The translations under genes and the position numbers were made by a program. DNA of 64,000 nucleotides, from NCBI GenBank assembly GCA_028686135.1, contig JAQUCP010000013.1, forward strand, positions 9,565-73,564. The letters run 5' to 3'. This document shows, one piece after another, positions 44,634-53,996 of this stretch; the stretch's first letter is position 1, and the number at the start of each line of letters is the position of its first letter. The notes under the pieces are model-generated. The model was given only the letters and a program-made list of their open reading frames with translations, made no database searches and had not been told where the DNA came from. The DNA is from Bacteroidales bacterium (GTDB taxonomy: Bacteria; Bacteroidota; Bacteroidia; Bacteroidales; UBA12481).

Positions 44634-45341
44634 TTACTTTTTGAGGACCTTCTTCATCACTTCATCCTTATCCAACTTCTTCGTGCAGAAGAACCAGTCG
44701 TAACAGGTCATTTCACCTTTACTTTCCATCCGCTCTTTGGCTGTTCCACAGGAACCAGCAGTCGGGACAATCACATCATCACCCGGACGCCAGTCGGCCG
44801 GCATGGCTACGCCAAACTCATCAGCAGCTTTCAGCGCGATCAGCACACGGTACAGCTCATCAAAGTTACGACCGAGGCTCAAGGGATAATAAATGATGGT
44901 ACGAATGATTCCCTTGGGGTCAACAAAGAATACGGCACGAACGGCCTTGGTGTTGCTTTCACCTGGCATCAACATACCGTATTTATTGGCCACTTCCATC
45001 GTAATATCTTCAATCAGAGGGAATTTCACTTCCACATCCTTCATCCCCTTGTACTCAATCTTCTCCTTGATAGTCCTTAGCCAAGCAATATGGCTATAAA
45101 GTCCATCGACCGAAAGACCAACCAGCTTACAGTTTGCCTCTTCGAACTGCTTTTCCATGGTGGCAAAAGTCATGAACTCAGAGGTGCAAACCGGTGTAAA
45201 ATCGGCCGGATGGCTGAAAAGAATTACCCAGCTACCCTTGTAGTCGTTCGGGAAGTGGATATTACCCTGGGTGGTAACTGCTTTAAATTCGGGAGCCGCA
45301 TCGCCAATACGTGGCATGGCAAAAACTTCTTTTGATTCCAT
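44634..45341 (-). CDS. Peroxiredoxin (Prx6/1-Cys-like subfamily of AhpC/TSA)
   Basis: It has PRIGDAAPEF, the peroxidatic site FSHPADFTPVCTSEF, and a Cys-containing C-terminal tail. The start is at 45341 (MESKE) or 45317 (MPRIGD). The track start at 45389 would overlap the catalase gene. Confidence 0.88.
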   Translation of the reverse strand: MESKEVFAMPRIGDAAPEFKAVTTQGNIHFPNDYKGSWVILFSHPADFTPVCTSEFMTFATMEKQFEEANCKLVGLSVDGLYSHIAWLRTIKEKIEYKGMKDVEVKFPLIEDITMEVANKYGMLMPGESNTKAVRAVFFVDPKGIIRTIIYYPLSLGRNFDELYRVLIALKAADEFGVAMPADWRPGDDVIVPTAGSCGTAKERMESKGEMTCYDWFFCTKKLDKDEVMKKVLKK

Positions 45342-45375
45342 TTTTATAGATTTAAATATTTGTAAATTATAATTG

Positions 45376-46839
45376 TTAAATCTTGACATTCAATCCTTTG
45401 GCTATCAGTATAGCCAAGTCCGGGTCGGCCTGATGAAAATGGCCGAGCTGCCGTTGGATGATTTCATCTCGTTTGGGGCCTGAGATACCGTTCATGGCAT
45501 CCACGATATTCCCCACAGTATTGATTTGTTCCTTCTCGGTCATCACCTTCCGGAATAGCAGGCCTGGCTGAGTAAAATGATCATCATCATTTTCATTCCG
45601 ATCATAAGCATCAGCGGGTTTGCCATCCAGGGGGAGGGGACTTTCACGGTAGGTTATGTCGGCTTCGATGCTATCGAAGCTGTTAGGGTAATAATTTGGA
45701 GCAGCGCCACCATTGCCATCGACATTCATCTGACCGTCGCGCATGTAATGATTTACTGGATTCAACGGCCGATTGACCGGGATTTGATGGTAATTGGCTC
45801 CCAAGCGATAGCGATGGGCATCCGGATAGGCAAAGATCCTACCTTGCAACAGTTTGTCGGGCGATAGTCCAATGCCATCAATGGTGTGAGAAGGGGCAAA
45901 AGCTGCCTGTTCTACATCGGCAAAATAGTTTGCCGGAATCTCATTCAATTCCATGACACCCACATCAATCAGAGGAAACTCACTATGTGGCCAAACTTTT
46001 GTGATATCAAAAGGATTCCACTTGAACAGGCGCGACTGCTCCTGAGTCATCACCTGGATCTTAAGGGCCCATTTGGGAAAATTTCCATCAGCAATTGCTT
46101 CTACCAGATCGCGTTGGGCATAATCGGGATCAGTTCCTTTTAGTTCCTCCGCCTGCTGACGATTAAGGGTGCGGTTTCCCTGAAGGGTTTTAAAATGAAA
46201 CTTGACCCACACCCGCTCGTCCCGGCCGTTAATCATTGAAAATGTGTGACTTCCATAGCCGTTCATGTGGCGATAGCCATCGGGTGTGCCGCGGTCGCTA
46301 TACAAAATCATCACCTGATGTAGGGTTTCGGGGTTCAGACTGAAGTAGTCCCAGGTCATGGTTGCACTCTTCAGGTTGGTTTTCGGATCCCGCTTTTGGG
46401 TATGGATAAAATCCGGGAACTTTTTGGGGTCTTTGATGAAAAAAACTGGTGTGTTATTCCCAACCAAATCCCAGTTTCCCTCTTCGGTATAAAACTTGAC
46501 TGCAAATCCTCTCGGATCCCTCTCGGTATCAGCGCTTCCCTTCTCTCCGCCAACCGTTGAAAAGCGAACAAAAACGCGACACTGGTTCCCAACCTTACTC
46601 AACAGTTCCGCTCTGGTATAGCGGCTTATATCATTCGTAACGGTGAATGTGCCAAAGGCACCGGCTCCTTTTGCATGGACCACCCGCTCAGGAATACGTT
46701 CCCGGTTGAAGTGAGCCAACTTTTCATGCAGATAATAGTCCTGAAGCAGGATCGGCCCCCGTGGACCGGCTGTCTGGCTGTCCTCGACCTCGTGATAAGG
46801 CCGGCCAGCAGTAGTGGTAAGCTTCTTTTTTTTGTCCAT
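45376..46839 (-). CDS. Monofunctional haem catalase (small-subunit clade)
   Basis: It has RERIPERVVHAKGAGAFG (distal His), ...FDITKVWP... and ...RIFAYPDAHRYRLG (proximal Tyr region). The length is 487 aa. Confidence 0.95.
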   Translation of the reverse strand: MDKKKKLTTTAGRPYHEVEDSQTAGPRGPILLQDYYLHEKLAHFNRERIPERVVHAKGAGAFGTFTVTNDISRYTRAELLSKVGNQCRVFVRFSTVGGEKGSADTERDPRGFAVKFYTEEGNWDLVGNNTPVFFIKDPKKFPDFIHTQKRDPKTNLKSATMTWDYFSLNPETLHQVMILYSDRGTPDGYRHMNGYGSHTFSMINGRDERVWVKFHFKTLQGNRTLNRQQAEELKGTDPDYAQRDLVEAIADGNFPKWALKIQVMTQEQSRLFKWNPFDITKVWPHSEFPLIDVGVMELNEIPANYFADVEQAAFAPSHTIDGIGLSPDKLLQGRIFAYPDAHRYRLGANYHQIPVNRPLNPVNHYMRDGQMNVDGNGGAAPNYYPNSFDSIEADITYRESPLPLDGKPADAYDRNENDDDHFTQPGLLFRKVMTEKEQINTVGNIVDAMNGISGPKRDEIIQRQLGHFHQADPDLAILIAKGLNVKI

Positions 46840-46887
46840 TGGGTGTTGTATTAGGTTAAGTTAACTATGTGATTTTATGTTCTTTAA

Positions 46888-47352
46888 TTAAGCAATCGAA
46901 CTCTTTCGATCAACCCTGATCGAGCGATGCTTGGATGGATCTTCAAACCGTCCACTAATCTGCAATCTGACCTCATCTATGGTGAATCCAGGAATGGTGT
47001 GCTCCTCGAAATAGAGTTCCAGCATCCGAGTCAACTCCTCGTTGTAATAATCCTCAATAGAACTACAATCGGTACAATAGATGTGATGATGTGGATCAAG
47101 AAAGATATCGTACCGCATCACATCACTCTCGGTTTTTACTTTCATCACCATACCCCTTTTAACAAGGGTCTCCAGGATGTGATAAATAGTTCCGGTGGCA
47201 ACGTTTGGCTGGGTTTTATGAACAATGCTGGCCACCTCCTCTACGGTAGGATGAGATCTCAGAGAAAAGAGAGCCTCCACTACCGCCAACCGCTGCGGAG
47301 TAATCCGCATCCCATGCTCGCTCAACAAATTCCTGATTTTTGTTTTATCCAT
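46888..47352 (-). CDS. Fur-family metalloregulator (PerR-like by context)
   Basis: It has ITPQRLAVVEAL, an HTH region, and the HHHIYCTDC motif. It is the first gene of an operon with catalase and peroxiredoxin. Confidence 0.8.
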   Translation of the reverse strand: MDKTKIRNLLSEHGMRITPQRLAVVEALFSLRSHPTVEEVASIVHKTQPNVATGTIYHILETLVKRGMVMKVKTESDVMRYDIFLDPHHHIYCTDCSSIEDYYNEELTRMLELYFEEHTIPGFTIDEVRLQISGRFEDPSKHRSIRVDRKSSIA

Positions 47353-47382
47353 TGGTTTTTACTTAAGAATCGTTCCTAATAA

Positions 47383-47409
47383 GAAACATTTTAAAGTACA
47401 AAATGTTTC
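47383..47409. promoter_or_regulatory. Perfect 10-bp inverted repeat GAAACATTTT-N7-AAAATGTTTC, a candidate operator in the divergent regulator/GH3 promoter region
   Basis: The repeat is seen directly in the sequence. It lies 31-57 nt upstream of the Fur-family gene start at 47352. Confidence 0.4.
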
Positions 47410-47432
47410 CGGCATATCAAAAAATCATTTGA

Positions 47433-47440
47433 TACTTTTG
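47433..47440 (+). promoter_or_regulatory. TAnnTTTG -7 promoter box (TACTTTTG) for the GH3 beta-glucosidase gene
   Basis: This is an exact motif, 18 nt upstream of the ATG at 47459. It is embedded in a tandem TTTGATAC / TTTGATAC repeat (47428-47444). Confidence 0.5.
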
Positions 47441-47458
47441 ATACTAAACTGGTTGGCC

Positions 47459-50119
47459 ATGAAACGATTTTTTCTCATTCTGATCATTTCCCTTATTGCA
47501 AGCGGGATTCAAGGGCAGACATACCGTAACTCGGAAGCTCCGATAGAGGAGCGGGTTCGTGACTTAATCAAGCGGATGACACCAGAGGAGAAGTTTTGGC
47601 AATTGTTTATGATACCTGGGGATCTCACCATTGGCAAGGAGAAGTTAATGACGGGCATCTTCGGGTTTCAGGTATCGACGGAGGGGCGGTCGGCTGGAGC
47701 CACACAGCAGCTATTAAACTACAGTCCAGGGGCTTCTGCTGGTGAGGCAGCCCGTCAAATCAATGAGATTCAGCGGTTCTTCCGGGAGGAGTCGCGGCTG
47801 GGTATCCCGGTGATTCCTTTTGATGAGGGGCTGCATGGACTGGTGCGGCGGGGTGCCACCTCGTTTCCCCAGGCTATCGGGCTAGCTGCGACCTTCGATA
47901 CGGAGCTGGTGGGGCGGGTAGCGCGGGCGATCGCTCGCGAAAGCCGCTCCCGTGGCATCCGCCAGATCCTCTCGCCAGTGATCAACATCGCATCCGACGT
48001 GCGCTGGGGGCGCGTGGAGGAGACCTACGGCGAAGATCCATTCCTGGCCTCGGAAATGTCGGTGGCCTTCGTCTCGGAATTCGAAAACCTGGGCATCATC
48101 ACCACACCAAAACACCTCATCGCAAATGTGGGCGACGGCGGTCGCGATAGCTACCCAATCCATTTAAGCGAACGATACCTCCGCGAGATTCACCTACCCC
48201 CATTCGCAGCTAGCTTCAATCGGGGCGGGACCCGCTCAGTGATGACATCCTATAATACTTACGACGGACAATTTTGTTCTGGAAATGCCTGGATATTAAA
48301 TCGTTGGCTGAAAGAAGAGATGCATTTCGATGGGTTCGTGATCTCCGATGCTAATGCTGTCGGTGGAGCTAATGTCCTCCACATGACCGCCCAAGAGTAT
48401 TGGCAATCGGGGGCTGACGCCATGAACGGTGGACTGGATGTAATCTTCCAGACCTCGCACGATCACGGCGCATTGTTCATCGATGGTTTTCTCAACGGAG
48501 CGATCCCACAGGAGGTGATTGACCAAGCGGTAGCCCGAGTGCTGAAAGCCAAATTTGAGCTCGGGCTGTTCGAAGATCCCTATGTCGATCCGGCAGAAGC
48601 GGAACGACTGAACGGTCATCCTGAGCATCGCGAAGTGGCTCTCGAGGCCGCCCGAAAATCTATCGTCCTGCTTAAAAATGAGAAAGACATCCTCCCCCTG
48701 GCCACCAACTCTCAAAAAATAGCTGTCATCGGCCAGGATGCCATGGAAGCCCGCCTGGGCGGATACAGCGGTCCGGGGATCAACAGAATATCCATCCTGG
48801 AAGGCCTCCGTCAACGGTGCCAAGGAACCAGCACGGAAATATTCTATGCCCCCGGTGTTCCAAGAGAAGAAGCAGCCCTGATACCGGTGCCACCATCTGC
48901 CCTGTTCCACCAGGATGGATCGGGAAGAAAACAAGGGCTTAAAGGACTCTATTACAACAATATAAGCTTTGAAGGAGATCCGGTAATCAGCAGAATCGAC
49001 CCCCAGATCCGGTTTCAATGGACCCTGTTCGGCCCCGACCAGGCCAAGACAGGCAACCAGTTTTATTCGGTCAGATGGAGCGGACAGCTGTTATCCCCCG
49101 GATCGGGCACCTGGCGTATCGGGATTGATGGCAACGATGGGTACCGTCTGTTCATCGATGATGAGCTGGTGATCGACAACTGGGTAAAACGGACCAAAGG
49201 AGTAGTGACGGTTCCCTACCGGTTTGAGTCGGGAAGAGTGTATGACATCCGCATCGACTATTATGAGCCTGCCGGAAATGCCTGGTTCAGCCTGGTGTGG
49301 GACAAAGGTATCAACCCTTCGGATTCCGCTCTGGCTGAAGCTGTTGCACTGGCTACGAAGGCTGATCTGGCACTGATAGTAGCTGGCATTGAGGAGGGAG
49401 AGTTCCGCGATCGGGCGCTGCTGGGACTGCCGGGGCGGCAAGAGGAGCTGATCCGGCGGGTGGCTTCAACCGGAAAACCGGTTATCGTCGTGCTCGTTGG
49501 GGGTAGCGCAGTAACCATGTCGGAGTGGCTGGATGATGTGGACGGGCTGTTGGATGTCTGGTATCCCGGAGAAGCCGGTGGCCAAGCCGTGGCGGAAGTG
49601 CTGTTTGGCGACTACAATCCCGCCGGGCGCCTGCCAGTGACCTTCCCGGTACACGAAGGCCAGTGCCCGCTGGTATATAACCATAAACCTACCGGCCGGG
49701 GCGACGACTATCTCAATCTGACCGGGCAACCCCTGTTTCCTTTTGGCTTTGGGTTGAGTTACACCACATTCGATTATCAGGATATTCGGCTCGAGCATCA
49801 TTCGGTAAAAGCTGGCGAGAGCACCAAACTCTCCTTCACGCTCACCAACAGTGGACCGGTGGCTGGTGAAGAGGTCGTGCAGCTGTATATCCGGGATGAT
49901 TACGCCTCCCTAGCGCGTCCGGTTCTGGAACTCAAAGGTTTTCAGCGTGTTAGCCTGAATCCGGGTGAATCCAGGGTTATCACCTTCGACATCACCCCCG
50001 ATCTGCTGATGATGTTGGATATCAATCTCAAACCCGTAATTGAGCCTGGCACCTTCACCCTAATGGTGGGAGGATCATCGAAAGACTTGAGACTGAAGGT
50101 GGCGCTGTCAACTCTCTAG
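47459..50119 (+). CDS. Glycoside hydrolase family 3 beta-glucosidase/xylosidase with an inserted PA14 domain, secreted
   Basis: It has the signal peptide MKRFFLILIISLIASGIQG and the GH3 N-domain GFVISDANAV (nucleophile Asp). A PA14-like segment GLKGLYYNNISFEGDPV...YDIRIDYYE is present, followed by a C-terminal Fn3-like domain. Confidence 0.88.
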   Translation: MKRFFLILIISLIASGIQGQTYRNSEAPIEERVRDLIKRMTPEEKFWQLFMIPGDLTIGKEKLMTGIFGFQVSTEGRSAGATQQLLNYSPGASAGEAARQINEIQRFFREESRLGIPVIPFDEGLHGLVRRGATSFPQAIGLAATFDTELVGRVARAIARESRSRGIRQILSPVINIASDVRWGRVEETYGEDPFLASEMSVAFVSEFENLGIITTPKHLIANVGDGGRDSYPIHLSERYLREIHLPPFAASFNRGGTRSVMTSYNTYDGQFCSGNAWILNRWLKEEMHFDGFVISDANAVGGANVLHMTAQEYWQSGADAMNGGLDVIFQTSHDHGALFIDGFLNGAIPQEVIDQAVARVLKAKFELGLFEDPYVDPAEAERLNGHPEHREVALEAARKSIVLLKNEKDILPLATNSQKIAVIGQDAMEARLGGYSGPGINRISILEGLRQRCQGTSTEIFYAPGVPREEAALIPVPPSALFHQDGSGRKQGLKGLYYNNISFEGDPVISRIDPQIRFQWTLFGPDQAKTGNQFYSVRWSGQLLSPGSGTWRIGIDGNDGYRLFIDDELVIDNWVKRTKGVVTVPYRFESGRVYDIRIDYYEPAGNAWFSLVWDKGINPSDSALAEAVALATKADLALIVAGIEEGEFRDRALLGLPGRQEELIRRVASTGKPVIVVLVGGSAVTMSEWLDDVDGLLDVWYPGEAGGQAVAEVLFGDYNPAGRLPVTFPVHEGQCPLVYNHKPTGRGDDYLNLTGQPLFPFGFGLSYTTFDYQDIRLEHHSVKAGESTKLSFTLTNSGPVAGEEVVQLYIRDDYASLARPVLELKGFQRVSLNPGESRVITFDITPDLLMMLDINLKPVIEPGTFTLMVGGSSKDLRLKVALSTL

Positions 50120-50141
50120 ATTTATCATTTCCAGAGAGTTG
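50109..50141. terminator. Possible bidirectional hairpin between convergent GH3 and GH27 genes
   Basis: The sequence is CAACTCTCT-15 nt-AGAGAGTTG, a 9-bp perfect stem overlapping the GH3 stop codon. There is no clear U-tract on either strand, so confidence is low. Confidence 0.3.
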
Positions 50142-50157
50142 ACGTCGCTCCTATTAT

Positions 50158-52110
50158 TTATTTGATTTTCACTAGCACCACTCCGTGGTAGGGTACCATC
50201 GCTTTGAATCCATCGGCGAACTCGCCCAGATCCTGTTGGCGCCACAGATCGCGGACCTTACAGGTACCCGAGAGCCCGAGTTCATTCCAGGTGATGGAAA
50301 TCTCACGACCGCTGACCTCCTGATCCCAGACAAAAGCATCCACGGGGGATTGTGCTCCGGTGTAGAATAGTCCGACAGCCTTGGAACCATCGGCAAGCGT
50401 TCGGGCCCACACTTCCACGCCTGGCTCCTGGCGTACGGGAACAGCTTGTTGCCCAAGCGGATCCTGGTTCACCGCCAACACTTCATCGTTAGTCAGCAGG
50501 TTCAGGGTAAACGGATCCATTGCTGTCATGTCACAGCCAATCAGCAATGGTGAAGCCAGCAGGGACCACAAGGAGATGTGCGTGTACTGTTCATCCGGCG
50601 TCAGGCGCGAGTCGCGCAGCGACGGTCCCCAGCCTACCTTCCCAACAACCAGCATATCAGGGTCGTTCCAATGACCCGGACCGGCGTTTGGTGCCATATC
50701 AATCTGAGCAAAACCGATGCCGGCCATGCTGTTCCATGAGTCGGTGATGTCGCCGGTGGTTCTCCACAGGTTCCCCCCAACACTATCACCCCATTCCCAA
50801 ACGCGACCCATGCCGTATTGACAAAGGCTGTACACAATGTCGCGATCCACCCGGTCGAGATACCCACGCATCAACAGATAGGGTTTTTTCAGCTCATCCC
50901 GGTTGGGATTCGGAGCCACCTTGCTATATCCGCACCAGTCATACTTGAGGTAGTCGATACCCCATCCAGCCCATGTTTTAGCATCCTGATATTCATGCTG
51001 ATAGCTTCCGAGATATCCTCCACAGGTGAGGCCTCCGGGTGAAGAGTAAATCCCTAGTTTCAGTCCGAAGGAGTGGCAGTAATCGGCCAGGGCCTTCATA
51101 TCAGGAAACTTATCGTTAGCCAGCAGTTCGCCCGAACCGGTACGTTCGGCAGCTTCCCAGCCATCATCGATGTTGATATAACTCCAGCCGTGATCAGCCA
51201 GTCCGCTGTTGATCATTGCATCGGCAGCAGCCTTAACTTTATCCTGATCGACACTCAGACCCCAGACATTCCAAGAGTTCCATCCCAGCGGGGGTGTCAA
51301 GGCCAACCCTGCGCCGGTTGTGAGTGTCAAGGTAAAAGTATCTTCACCTGATTCATTTCGGGCAACAATTTCCAATGGGTAATCCCCTTTCGCCGGAGCT
51401 TTTCCGCTGATCACACGGCTCTCGGAGTTGAATGAGAGGCCTGATGGTAATCCACTGATATTTAATTCTATCGGAGATTTCCCTGTCACAGGAACACGAT
51501 AAATCACCGGTTTACCGGGAGTAGCACCCAACACGGAAGGTCCGTTGATGCGAGGCTGGTCGGGCACCGGAGGCGTAAGAATGTAGGCCTCCTGTTGAAT
51601 AGGTTCAACAGCAGTAGGTTGATTCTTGACAAAATCAATTCGTGCATCGATCCAATTGGCGTGATCGTAATTGATATTATCGCCACCATCAGAAATATAG
51701 AGGGCTAATTTCTTGATTCCTTTGATATTCACATCGATGGGTTTAGCCGGATCACCGGGCTTCATCACCCCACTCTGCCAGAGGATCTGCTTGTCGCCCA
51801 AAACAAAAAACTCCACGGTAGCCAGGCGGCCGCTCTCGTCGTCCACTCCAACCATTGCTGAAAATCGGCGACCATTGCCATCGAGGTTCAGCATATACTT
51901 GAAGATAGAATGAACTCCAATTCCGCGTTCATAAGTAACTCCGGCGATGGTCAGGGGATTACCCTCAACGCTTTGATTGATACCGATATCGCCCCATCCG
52001 GTCTCCATTTTGCTGATATCCATTTCATCGAGCCAGACGGTTTGTACATTAGATTGGCACGCCGGCAGAAGAATAGCCAGCAGCAGTAAAGGAAATAATC
52101 GTTTCATCAT
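50158..52110 (-). CDS. NPCBM-domain plus GH27 alpha-galactosidase lipoprotein
   Basis: The protein starts MMKRLFPLLLLAILLPACQS (lipobox). The N-terminal WLDEMDISKMETGWGD...GVTYERGIGVHS segment is an NPCBM/NEW2 domain. GH27 motifs are PPLGWNSWN, YINIDDGW and YLKYDWC. Confidence 0.85.
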   Translation of the reverse strand: MMKRLFPLLLLAILLPACQSNVQTVWLDEMDISKMETGWGDIGINQSVEGNPLTIAGVTYERGIGVHSIFKYMLNLDGNGRRFSAMVGVDDESGRLATVEFFVLGDKQILWQSGVMKPGDPAKPIDVNIKGIKKLALYISDGGDNINYDHANWIDARIDFVKNQPTAVEPIQQEAYILTPPVPDQPRINGPSVLGATPGKPVIYRVPVTGKSPIELNISGLPSGLSFNSESRVISGKAPAKGDYPLEIVARNESGEDTFTLTLTTGAGLALTPPLGWNSWNVWGLSVDQDKVKAAADAMINSGLADHGWSYINIDDGWEAAERTGSGELLANDKFPDMKALADYCHSFGLKLGIYSSPGGLTCGGYLGSYQHEYQDAKTWAGWGIDYLKYDWCGYSKVAPNPNRDELKKPYLLMRGYLDRVDRDIVYSLCQYGMGRVWEWGDSVGGNLWRTTGDITDSWNSMAGIGFAQIDMAPNAGPGHWNDPDMLVVGKVGWGPSLRDSRLTPDEQYTHISLWSLLASPLLIGCDMTAMDPFTLNLLTNDEVLAVNQDPLGQQAVPVRQEPGVEVWARTLADGSKAVGLFYTGAQSPVDAFVWDQEVSGREISITWNELGLSGTCKVRDLWRQQDLGEFADGFKAMVPYHGVVLVKIK

Positions 52111-52167
52111 GTTTAGTTTTTTACAAAAATACAAGGAAGTAATGAATAAAATATTGCCAAGGGCACC

Positions 52168-53625
52168 TTACTGTAGCAGCCGGCAGGCTCCTTCCAGGGC
52201 ATCGCGGTTGGTGGTGACCATGGTAAGCTTGTCGCCAGCCCGAAGAACAGTGGAACCGTTAGGTGCCAGGTACTCTTCGCCACGCTGGATCAAGATGATA
52301 AGAGCCTGTTCCGGGAGATTCAGGTCGATAATTTTGCGCCCAATCACGGAGGACCCCAATGGAATATCGATATCAATTTTCTGATAATGAGGATTTTGCC
52401 CAAGAATAAGGTCAGTTGCAGTCATGGCTTTGACTCTATGCGGTAACGCAACCCGGAGCCATTTGGCTACCGGAGTGAGAGTTGTGCCCTGTATTAGGAC
52501 CGAGGCAATAGAAATGCAAAAAACGATATTAAAGATCATATCAGCCTTTTCAATGCCGGCAAGTAAAGGATAGGTGGCAAATACAATCGGGACCGCTCCC
52601 CGCAGTCCTACCCAAGAGATAAACCAGCGCTTGTTGCTCCTCATTTTAAAAGGTGCCAGGCTAATAAAGACACTTAAGGGCCGGGCTATTAGAATCTGGA
52701 ATAGAGCGATGAGCAAACCAATTCCCAGAACGGGCAAAATCTTACTTGGAAACGCCAGTAGCCCCAATGTGAGGAACAAAATGATCTGCATCAGCCAGGC
52801 GAGGCCGTCAAACATCTTGATGATGGTCTTCTTGTGAATCAACTCTTTGTTTCCCAAGTAGATAGCTGAAAGATAGATCGCTAAAAATCCATTTCCCCCC
52901 AAAGCATTGGTGACGGAAAAAGTAAGATACATCCAGGTGATCGCTAAGACTGGGTAGAGCCCCTCGTATATTAGGTTAATCCGATTGATGATCCACTGGC
53001 CGGCGAATCCGAAACCAAAACCAAGAGCCACCCCGAGCGACATTTGGAGGGCAAAAAGCGGGAGAATACTCCAGATGCTTTTATCGGGCTGCATAATTAG
53101 TCCCATGAAAGCGATCGTCAGGAGATACGCCATCGGGTCGTTACTGCCACTCTCAAGCTCAAGAACCGGACGGAGGCTACCTTTCAACGCTACACTCTTG
53201 GTTCGCAAGATGGAGAACACCGCTGCGGCATCAGTGGAGGAGACAATTGCCCCAAGCAGGAACCCCTCCAGAAGATTTAAATCAGTCACCAACCAAACAA
53301 ACAACCCCACCGACAATGCTGTCAGCAAAACCCCCAGGGTTGACAACGTAAATCCCTGCCAGACAACGGGCTTCACCACCCGCCAGTCGGTTTCTAACCC
53401 TCCAGCAAACATGATCACATTAAGCGCCATGATCCCAACAAACTGAGCGATTCCGGCATTGTTAAACTGGATCCCACCAAGACCTTCCGATCCGGCAATC
53501 AGTCCAATCACGACAAACAGAATCAGAATCGGGATACCGGTACGGTAGGAGGTCTTGCCTGCCAACACACTGGCAAACATCAGAATGGAACCAATCAACA
53601 GGATATTTTCGGGCGACAAGCTCAT
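52168..53625 (-). CDS. K+/H+ antiporter (CPA1, NhaP2/CvrA-like) with a C-terminal TrkA-C/RCK_C domain
   Basis: It has a polytopic N-terminal Na_H_exchanger-like region. The C-terminus ...IPLGSSVIGRKIIDLNLPEQALIILIQRGEEYLAPNGSTVLRAGDKL is a TrkA-C domain. The ATG at 53625 is preferred; the track start at 53634 is a TTG. Confidence 0.82.
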   Translation of the reverse strand: MSLSPENILLIGSILMFASVLAGKTSYRTGIPILILFVVIGLIAGSEGLGGIQFNNAGIAQFVGIMALNVIMFAGGLETDWRVVKPVVWQGFTLSTLGVLLTALSVGLFVWLVTDLNLLEGFLLGAIVSSTDAAAVFSILRTKSVALKGSLRPVLELESGSNDPMAYLLTIAFMGLIMQPDKSIWSILPLFALQMSLGVALGFGFGFAGQWIINRINLIYEGLYPVLAITWMYLTFSVTNALGGNGFLAIYLSAIYLGNKELIHKKTIIKMFDGLAWLMQIILFLTLGLLAFPSKILPVLGIGLLIALFQILIARPLSVFISLAPFKMRSNKRWFISWVGLRGAVPIVFATYPLLAGIEKADMIFNIVFCISIASVLIQGTTLTPVAKWLRVALPHRVKAMTATDLILGQNPHYQKIDIDIPLGSSVIGRKIIDLNLPEQALIILIQRGEEYLAPNGSTVLRAGDKLTMVTTNRDALEGACRLLQ

Positions 53626-53759
53626 GGCCAACAAAATACAAAAAAATGAGACACGTCAGAGCCCTTGGCTAAGAGTAAGATAAATGATCCCTAGAAAGAA
53701 ATAATAGCAAGAGATGTGGATGTTTTTTAATATATTCGTTACAAGTAAGCCAACAGAAT

Positions 53760-53996
53760 ATGGAAAAACCATTGTTTCTATTGTTTTCCGGTAGTGAAGT
53801 AGAGGTCCTTCTTCTGAAAGAGGAACTGGCACAGAACAATATTGCTTCGATGACCCGTGATGACTTTCAGATGGGTGTCAAAGCTGGATTTTTCGGTGGC
53901 ACTCCATCCACGATCGATGTTTACATCTATGAAGAGGACAAGGAGAGGGCCAATCAGGTACTACAGGGATTTCTGAATGCCCGAGCAGCGGAGTAA
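53760..53996 (+). CDS. DUF2007-like small putative signal-transducing protein
   Basis: The 78-aa protein has a pattern of ...SEVEVLLLKEELAQNNIASM...IDVYIYEEDKERA, which resembles DUF2007. Confidence 0.5.
   Translation: MEKPLFLLFSGSEVEVLLLKEELAQNNIASMTRDDFQMGVKAGFFGGTPSTIDVYIYEEDKERANQVLQGFLNARAAE

Noticed and set aside
53760-53996. A possible spurious small ORF upstream of the PfkB kinase gene
   Set aside because: I did not reject it outright. It resembles DUF2007 and has an ATG, so it is retained at low confidence. The 20-nt overlap with the kinase gene is compatible with coupling.
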